From Octopus sinensis (taxonomy: Eukaryota), in NCBI RefSeq assembly GCF_006345805.1, contig NW_021829398.1:1-6369 (forward strand): a stretch of 6,369 nt of DNA. The letters are read 5' to 3'. The notes beneath the pieces were generated by a model that saw nothing but the letters and a program-made list of their open reading frames with translations, did no database searches and was not told the origin of the DNA. Position 1 is the stretch's first letter. Each line of letters opens with the position of its first letter. The translations under genes were made by a program, and so were the position numbers. Below are positions 1-6,369 of the stretch, piece by piece.

Positions 1-632
1 TTGTATGTATGTATGTGTGCGTAAGTATGTATGTATGTATGTATGTATGTATGTATGTATGTATGTATGTATGTATGTATGTATGCATGTATGTATGTAT
101 GTATGTAATGTATGTATGTATGTATGTATGTATATATGAGTATGCGTATATGTATGTAAGTATGTATGCATGTATGTATGTATGTATGTATGTAGGTATG
201 CATGCATGTATGTATATATGTATGTATGTATGTATGCGTGTGTGTATGTATGTATGTATGTATGTATGCATGCATGTATGTATGTATTTATGTATGTATG
301 TATGTATGTATGATGTATGTATGTGTGTGTGTATGTATGTATGTATGTATGTATGCATGTATGTATGTATGTATGTATGTAGTGTGTGTGTATGTATGTA
401 TGTATGTATGTATGCATGCATGTATGTATGTATTATTATGTATGTATGTATGTATTGTATGTATGTATGCATGTATGTATGAATGATGTATGTATGTATA
501 TATGTATGTACGCATGCATGCATGTATGTATGTGTGTTATGTATACATGTATGTATATATGTATGTATGTATGTATGTGTGTTGTATGTATGTATGTATG
601 TACGTACGTACGTATGTATGTATTGTATTATG

Positions 633-634
<2 letters not shown>
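1..634. repeat. Degenerate (TATG)n tetranucleotide microsatellite
   Basis: Near-continuous TATG units with CATG/TGTG/TACG variants; explains the MYVC and HTYI pseudo-ORFs. Confidence 0.98.
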
Positions 635-675
<41 letters not shown>

Positions 676-684
676 ATATAATAT
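635..684. repeat. (TA)n microsatellite
   Basis: Directly visible TA run with two interruptions. Confidence 0.97.
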
Positions 685-895
685 AGTTAATCCAACAAGA
701 AAGCACAAAAAAACACAACGCAAGGACGTGGAACAAATATAGTATTATTGGACGCTCAGGAAAAAGAAGGAAAAAGAAGGAGGCTTTAACGTTTCGAGCG
801 GAGCTCTTCGTCGGAAACATAGGAGAAGGAAAGATCTAGAGAAGGGAAGACAGAGGAAAAAAATTCGCCAACGGTACACACGGGGTCACATTTTG
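685..895 (-). mobile_element. Short Penelope-like element (PLE) terminal fragment carrying a minimal hammerhead motif
   Basis: About 210 bp of complex sequence between (TA)n and (TATG)n, containing a hammerhead-like core on the minus strand. PLE assignment is inferred from the known association of minimal hammerheads with PLE termini; no RT or endonuclease coding sequence is seen. Confidence 0.6.
783..818 (-). ncRNA. Minimal type I hammerhead ribozyme motif (U4C variant core)
   Basis: Minus strand reads GUUU CCGACGA A GAGC-UCC-GCUC GAAA CGUU AAAGC. This gives a CUGANGA box with one substitution, a 4-bp helix II, the GAAA box, palindromic ACGU in place of helix III, and a short helix I. Confidence 0.65.
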
Positions 896-915
896 GTATG
901 TATGTATGTATGTAT
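896..915. repeat. (TATG)n microsatellite
   Basis: Five GTAT units. Confidence 0.9.
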
Positions 916-1237
916 GGGTTTGTGTATTCATAACTGTTCGTATTCGCGCTGTACTTCAACCCCCATTTTTTCCTCTCCTAGGTAAACATGATTCACGACC
1001 TCCAATAGAGGATCCTACTCTTTTGTTCAAAGAACCCCTCCCTTGTCTGTTTCTAATAAACTGGTATAAAAAAAACCGCAAGGGGGCGGAGTGCTGCCTT
1101 AATTGAAGAGTGTTTTTTGTACCGGATATGCAATATCTCTTGAACTTACACGTGTATAAACATCAATTATATTATATGCTTTTCTAATATAACCTTCAAA
1201 TGATCACTTATATGTTTTGTGGCATTATGTAAACAGG

Positions 1238-1330
1238 ATATATATATATATTATATATAATATATATATATATATACGTATGCGTAGTACATGTACATAC
1301 AGTTTTTATATGTATACATACATGTTAATA

Positions 1331-1373
<43 letters not shown>

Positions 1374-1443
1374 GATATATACGTATGCGTATGTACATGT
1401 ACATACATGTTTTTAGATGTAACATACATATTAATATATATAT

Positions 1444-1445
<2 letters not shown>
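1238..1445. repeat. TA-rich compound microsatellite with an internal ~105-bp-period duplication
   Basis: acgtatgcgta(t)gtacatgtacataca(t)gttttta..tgta..acatacat..ttaata occurs at 1276-1330 and 1381-1436, separated by TA runs. Confidence 0.85.
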
Positions 1446-1501
<56 letters not shown>

Positions 1502-1561
1502 TGATAGCTATGTAGGTAGGTAGATTGATAGATATGTAGGTTGGTAGATAGATAGATAGAT

Positions 1562-1628
<67 letters not shown>
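1444..1628. repeat. (GATA)n microsatellite
   Basis: Long ATAG array with a GGTA/GATT-variant middle section. Confidence 0.98.
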
Positions 1629-1629
<1 letters not shown>

Positions 1630-1658
1630 ATTGTGTGCGTATATATATATATAAATTA

Positions 1659-2051
1659 GGTGCGGGATTGGTAGTGTGATAACTTACTTATCAACCTCTT
1701 GGTTTCGGGTTCAGTCCTACTGCGTGGCATCTTGGCCAAGTATCTTCTACTATAGCCTCGAGCCGACAAAACCGTTGTGAGAGGATTTGGTAATGTGTGT
1801 GTGTATATATATATATGCGAGTGTGTATGTGTGTATGTTTGTGTGTCTGTGTTTATCACCCCATCATCGCTTGACAAGTGATGCTGGTGTGTTTACCTAC
1901 CCGTAACGTAGCTGTTCGGCAAAAGAAGCGGATAGAATAAGTATTCGGCTTACAAAGAATAAGTCCTGGGCGTCGATTCGTTTGACTAAAGGGCTGTCCT
2001 CTGGCATCGCCGGAGTCAAATGACTGAAAGAAATAAAAGAATAAAAGAATA
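1659..2051 (+). mobile_element. tRNA-derived SINE with CORE-like central segment and internal microsatellite
   Basis: Degenerate A box TGGTAGTGTGAT (1669-1680) and B box GGTTCAGTCC (1708-1717). CORE-like segment gcatcttggccaagtatcttctactatagcctcg, internal (TG/TA)n at ~1793-1851, and 3' tail (AATAAAAG)x2. Resembles octopus SINEs as I recall them. Confidence 0.85.
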
Positions 2052-2153
2052 TATATAAATACACACGTATATATATGTATACATATATTTTCGTGTGTAC
2101 GTACATACATACATACTTACTTACATATATATACATACATACATATATATATA
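2049..2153. repeat. (TA)n/(TACA)n compound microsatellite
   Basis: Directly visible. Confidence 0.9.
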
Positions 2154-2240
2154 ATTAATGTAGGATAAAATTTTATTCGGGAAAAATTTTTTATCAATGG
2201 CCAGCATATCAAAAAATACCTTTAAAAGTTAAATTTATAA

Positions 2241-2315
2241 ATAATTTACAAGATAAGGGCAAAATAAAAATTCTAATGCCAAATATGCCGAAACAAAAAA
2301 TTGTCAATAACCATT
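2241..2315 (+). repeat. Left arm of perfect 75-bp inverted repeat
   Basis: Reverse complement matches 2627-2701 at 75/75 positions by manual comparison. Confidence 0.97.
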
Positions 2316-2365
2316 ATAATTTATGTGTCTCGAAACAAACCGATAGAAATCTCTAAAAAATTCGT

Positions 2366-2430
2366 TATTACCGTATTGGTCCAATTTCGGGGTTAATTCA
2401 AAAGAATTTCCCCCTCTTCAGCGGCAAATA
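2366..2430 (-). ncRNA. Type I hammerhead ribozyme
   Basis: Minus strand reads UAUUUGCCG CUGAAGA GGGG-GA-AAUUC-UUUU-GAAUU-AA-CCCC GAAA UUGG-A-CCAA UA^CGGUAAUA. All conserved core nucleotides are present and helices I, II and III are complementary. Predicted cleavage lies between 2374 and 2373. Confidence 0.9.
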
Positions 2431-2626
2431 CGCGAGATATAAATGAAATACTTACTCATACCCATGGAAAAAGCAAGCACTAATTCCTGAGCAGATCTAA
2501 GTACCCCAAATATATCCAAATAGAAAAATCTTCGGCACCTGTCAAGACACGTGTGATTCGAACTAGAAACTTTCAGAGTGACAGAATCCGGAAGTGAACA
2601 CTATTCAATCTTTAATGGTTATTGAC

Positions 2627-2698
2627 AATGGTTATTGACAATTTTTTGTTTCGGCATATTTGGCATTAGAATTTTTATTTTGCCCTTATCTTGTAAAT

Positions 2699-2701
<3 letters not shown>
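2627..2701 (-). repeat. Right arm of perfect 75-bp inverted repeat
   Basis: Reverse complement of 2241-2315, preceded by a tandem copy of its first 13 bp (AATGGTTATTGAC, 2614-2626). Confidence 0.97.
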
Positions 2702-2729
<28 letters not shown>

Positions 2730-2907
2730 TATATATATTATATATATATATATATAATATATAAATATCTACATACATACATACATGCATCCTACATATA
2801 TATATCTATATATATATATATATGTATGTATATATGCATGTATGCATGTATGTATGTATGTATGTATGTATGTATGTATGTATGTATGTATGTATGTATT
2901 TATATAT
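2700..2907. repeat. (TA)n/(TACA)n/(TATG)n compound microsatellite
   Basis: Directly visible. Confidence 0.95.
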
Positions 2908-3184
2908 GCTTCTGACGCCCGTTGAGTTCTGTGTACCTTCCCGATGTAGATACTTTGTTATTTGAGTGTCATATGAATCGATCTATGGAAATTGCAACAA
3001 ATATCCTATATCTTTTGATATCACACCCCACGGAATTACATTGACATAGCCGTTTCCGTGATATCAATTCAACAACGTGTTGTATTCATTCATATCATGC
3101 ATCCATTGAATATCACATCCGTACAAATAAAATATATTGTATACGCGCTTCATTCTATTTGCATTATCAATTTAAATATTATAA

Positions 3185-3493
3185 CACGATTCCATCTGTA
3201 ACACTTACAACACAAATTATGATTAAATATTGTGTTGCGTATCACACTCAGCGTGTGATATAACAGAATTGCTATCAGTTATCTACTGATAACATATAGC
3301 TAAATATCATTTGCTAAGATGACACCGTATCAGCACGATTCCTACAGAAATTCTTACAACGCAGATAATGGTTAAGACACTCTGCTCTATACCACCACAT
3401 CGAGCGTGTGATATAACAGCATTACAGCATTGCTATCAGCTATCAGCTGATAACGAATAGCCAAATATCATTTCCTAAGATAACTTCGTATCA
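3185..3493. repeat. Diverged two-copy tandem repeat (~149-160 bp unit)
   Basis: Copy A 3185-3333 and copy B 3334-3493 share colinear blocks: cacgattcc, cttacaac, agcgtgtgatataacag, attgctatcag, ctgataac, aaatatcattt.ctaagat and cgtatca. Confidence 0.88.
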
Positions 3494-3924
3494 AAATACG
3501 CTATCTGCAAATGTTGCGTCACCGTTTTAAACATTTTAATATCCAAACATTGTTTATTTGCTAAATTCACAATCTTCAGAAAATCTCGACTGTCTATCGA
3601 TTTCTTTATAGATTCAATAAAAGCATCTCTTCAATATTGATCAATTTTTATATCGTTTTAATTTAATTATATTGCCAGTTATTAGCTATACGCATTTATA
3701 TCTATTTTATTTTAGCTTACTTTATATTTTCAATGTAATTTTTTTTTATAATTCTTTTCCTGGAGATCGCTACGTACATGTAATATATTATTATGCATTT
3801 TTATTATTATTTTTACATATTCCTTGTTTGTTTTCACTGAAATTATTCATTTATTTATTCATCTGTTTACTTTATGTTTTAAAATATAGTTAAACCTGTC
3901 AAAATAATGTAATATCGTCATGAC

Positions 3925-3960
3925 CTTTGACACAGCTTTTTATTTCAACTTTGACACAGC
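3925..3960. repeat. 12-bp direct repeat CTTTGACACAGC at 24-bp spacing
   Basis: Exact copies at 3925-3936 and 3949-3960, each followed shortly by ttttatt. Confidence 0.85.
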
Positions 3961-4037
3961 GCTTTTATTGGATGAACTTGAAATATATGGAGTCGCGTAT
4001 TCTCCACAAAATGCATCTTGTACAAGATATACGTGTT

Positions 4038-4064
4038 ATATGTATATATGTATGTATGTATATG

Positions 4065-4133
<69 letters not shown>

Positions 4134-4180
4134 TGTATATATATATATATATATATTATGTATGTATGTATATATATATA
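4038..4180. repeat. (TA)n/(TATG)n microsatellite
   Basis: Directly visible. Confidence 0.95.
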
Positions 4181-4337
4181 CGGAGGTGAATGTGGACGTA
4201 TATTATATGTTTATATGCTTTTCGCTTCTTAATAATCATGTTTTGATTTTAATTAATATGTACATTGATTATTAAGTTGTGTATATATATGCATATGTAC
4301 GTATATATATATGCATATATAGGAGACAAAGCACTTT

Positions 4338-4413
4338 TCTCTCTATCTCCCTCCTTCTCTCTCTCTCTCTCTATGTGTGTGTATATATATATATATATAT
4401 ATGTAAATATATA
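4338..4413. repeat. (CT)n-(TG)n-(TA)n compound microsatellite
   Basis: Directly visible. Confidence 0.9.
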
Positions 4414-4771
4414 TGGTGTATGTTTGTATATATGTATTATACACGCATATGCGTTGCATGCAAATGTATATTAGAATATTTTTCCTAGGTTAAGTGCGCT
4501 TATACATCAAAATTCAATCTCTCCCTCTCTCAATCTCTCCCCCACATCCACATACAAGCGTATACTCCCCTACACACACTCACGTACAAACGATCGCGCG
4601 CGTACACGCAACTGCGGGTTTAAAGAGATATGAAGTAAATGTATTCACGTAAAGTATGATTAAACTACATATGCATATGTATAGCTTACACATACTTGTC
4701 TATATATGAATATGCATGTGTGTGTATACATTAGATAAACACATATATATTCACCCATTTACACATACATT

Positions 4772-4786
4772 TGTGTGTGTGTGTGT

Positions 4787-4824
<38 letters not shown>
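4772..4824. repeat. (TG)n microsatellite
   Basis: About 26 TG units with one interruption. Confidence 0.97.
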
Positions 4825-4825
<1 letters not shown>

Positions 4826-4827
<2 letters not shown>

Positions 4828-4953
4828 AGGGCGTCCTAAACGGTTCCTGGCTTTCGGTAAAAGAAAATACAAGAGGTTCTATTAATTAAGATTTTATCCA
4901 GCATATTCCCCTCTCAGGTTCACACACTGATTGCAACAGTCCTTCAGTTTTTC
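4826..4953 (-). mobile_element. Mariner-family DNA transposon 3' end remnant (TIR plus transposase C-terminus)
   Basis: TA at 4824-4825 is followed by tGAGGGcgtcctaaacggttcctgg, similar to CGAGGG...AAAAGTTC mariner TIRs. Minus strand 4953-4894 translates EKLKDCCNQCVNLRGEYAG*, matching the mariner transposase C-terminal pattern KL..RW.KC....G.Y. Confidence 0.8.
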
Positions 4954-5207
4954 TTCTTCTCTTCACCCTTTTAAAGCCTAGCCAGGCTCATGGGCTCGGT
5001 TTCTTGGTTTCAATAGTGTACGTGCTCCTCAGCTGAACGGGACGTCAGTCCATCGTAGCGTTACTCATTCTTGCCAGCTGAGTGGTCTGAAGCATCGTGA
5101 AATGAAGTGCTTTGCTCAAGAACACAACACGTCGCCCGGTCCAGGAATCGAAACCACAATCTTACGATCATGGTGCTGACACCCTAACCACTAAGCCACA
5201 CGCCTCC
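4951..5207 (-). mobile_element. tRNA-derived SINE
   Basis: Minus strand begins GGAGGCGTG, with A box TGGCTTAGTGG (5198-5188) and B box GTTTCGATTCC (5154-5144). It continues with CORE-like tgtgttcttgagcaaagcactt and ends in a short (AAG)n tail. Confidence 0.87.
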
Positions 5208-5214
5208 ACTGTGC

Positions 5215-5419
5215 TAATTATAGAGGGGACAAACAAGGACAGACATAGGTATTAAGTCGATTATATCGACCCCAGTGCGTAACTGGTACTTAATTAATCG
5301 ACCCCGAAAGGATGAAAGGCAAAGTTGACCTCGGCGGAATTTGAACTCAGAACGTAAAGACAGACGAAATACGGCTACGCATTTCGCCCGGGGTGCTAAC
5401 GTTTCTGCCAGCTCGCCGC
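5215..5419 (-). mobile_element. tRNA-derived SINE of a third family
   Basis: Minus strand begins GCGGCGAGC, with A box TGGCAGAAACG (5410-5400) and B box GAGTTCAAATTCC (5348-5336). Central segment gcctttcatcctttcggggtcgattaattaagtaccag resembles a conserved domain of many metazoan SINEs. The 3' boundary is approximate. Confidence 0.85.
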
Positions 5420-5927
5420 AGAATTTGTCTTAATAGAACAACCATGTTTAACTGAGCATAAATAATACTCCATATGCTATCTAAAGCGGCAGACTGTTTA
5501 GTCTGAAGGTGTTTCATCACTTATTACTAGCATACCGATCGACTTGTTTTTAAATACTTGAGGATGTCATTGAGTGCGTTATATGAGCAACAGTAGCGCC
5601 GTCGTTCAACAGATTTCAGATTCAAATAAAACGCTTTTGTCGTTTCTCTAAAGCGTCTGGTTAACCGTATAAGTAATTGGATGTCGACCGAATACTGTGC
5701 CATAGGGTAATTTGTGTAAAAACACCATTCAACCTTAGTCGACCGTATCTTCTTATCTCCTTACGCTAGAAACTCCCGCCTCGCCCCAGGATAAGGGGGC
5801 GAAAATGAATGATGACTCGCGATGTGGAACGACTCGGCTGTTTATTGAACTCGCGTAGCAGAACTGACTCGACAGGAGGCTGTCTGTCACTAATTTGACT
5901 GCAGTTAATAAACGATCATTATTTGTA

Positions 5928-6170
5928 GTCATCATCATCATCATCAGCGTCATCATCATCGTCGTCATCATCATCGTTGTCGTCGTCGTCATCGTCGTCG
6001 TAGTCGTCCTTACAAGTAACAGCAGCAGTACTAACAATATGATTAATGCACGTTATAACCGCATAATCTTCATCGTCGTTATCATCGTTGTCGTCGTCAT
6101 CGTCACCATCATCTCCCTATTCGTCAACATTGTCATCGTCATCACCATCAGCAGCTATATTATCATTTTC
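5928..6170. repeat. Degenerate (ATC/GTC)n trinucleotide repeat
   Basis: Directly visible; explains the I/V-rich and M/T-rich pseudo-ORFs. Confidence 0.93.
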
Positions 6171-6369
6171 ATACTACTACTACTACAACTACTACTACTA
6201 CCACCACTACCACCACCAACAACAACAAGACACTAATACTATTACTACTACTGCCACCACCACCACTCTACTAGTACCACCACACTACTATTGCTATTAC
6301 TACTACTACTACTACTACTATTACCACCACTACGCTACTACTACTTCCACCACCACCACACTACTACTA
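6171..6369. repeat. Degenerate (ACT/ACC)n trinucleotide repeat
   Basis: Directly visible; runs off the window end. Confidence 0.95.

Larger units (their letters stand above)
2154..2701 (-). mobile_element. Penelope-like element remnant with hammerhead ribozyme and inverted terminal duplication
   Basis: About 550 bp bounded by (TA)n on both sides, containing a full hammerhead core and a perfect 75-bp inverted repeat. Both are known features of PLE insertions. No recognisable coding sequence. Confidence 0.7.

Noticed and set aside
9-742. Overlapping ORFs up to 157 aa (MYVC / HTYI repeats)
   Set aside because: Translations of the (TATG)n and (TA)n microsatellites, which lack stop codons in these frames.
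1217-1447. 76-aa Y/I-rich ORF
   Set aside because: TA microsatellite read-through.
1656-2136. Three minus-strand ORFs of 73-84 aa
   Set aside because: Antisense to a SINE and microsatellites; no recognisable domain.
2419-2600. About 60-codon stop-free minus-strand frame ending at the hammerhead (..CLDRCRRFFYLDIFGVLRSAQELV..)
   Set aside because: No start codon near its beginning and no GIY-YIG or RT motif that I can recognise, so it cannot be called PLE coding sequence.
3185-3493. Possible protein-coding repeat on the minus strand (LIIICVVSVTDGIV vs LTIICVVRISVGIV, with some synonymous differences)
   Set aside because: Stops nearby in the frames examined, unit length not a multiple of 3, and an 8-bp insertion in copy B.
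3573-3579. Minus-strand CUGAAGA, possible third hammerhead
   Set aside because: No helix II followed by GAAA downstream.
3672-4488. F/L/Y/I-rich ORFs
   Set aside because: Products of T-rich low-complexity DNA and microsatellites; several start at non-ATG codons.
5008-5032. Minus-strand CUGAGGA...GAAA inside the SINE
   Set aside because: The intervening sequence (gcacgtacactatt) cannot form helix II, and helices I and III are absent.
5135-5207. Possible tRNA gene
   Set aside because: A and B boxes are present, but the acceptor stem does not pair and the sequence continues into a SINE body, so it is a tRNA-derived head.
5815-5871. CRISPR-like regularly spaced repeats
   Set aside because: The repeat is only 5 bp with 12-13 bp spacers, the context is eukaryotic, and no cas genes are present.
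5753-6236. 94-aa and 113-aa ORFs with transmembrane-looking I/V runs
   Set aside because: Trinucleotide repeat read-through on both strands.

Overview
AT-rich, microsatellite-dense non-coding animal DNA. The SINE families and repeat landscape resemble octopus/cephalopod genomes (recognition from memory, not a database result). No intact protein-coding gene is supported, and most ORFs in the track are microsatellite read-throughs. The window holds three tRNA-derived SINEs, a decayed mariner end with the transposase C-terminus, a diverged ~150-bp tandem duplication with hairpins, and many simple repeats. The most notable signals are two hammerhead-ribozyme motifs on the minus strand. One is a complete type I core at 2366-2430, lying between perfect 75-bp inverted repeats. 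The other is a minimal variant core at 783-818. Each sits in a short non-coding element next to (TA)n tracts, consistent with Penelope-like retroelement termini or non-autonomous ribozyme-bearing derivatives.
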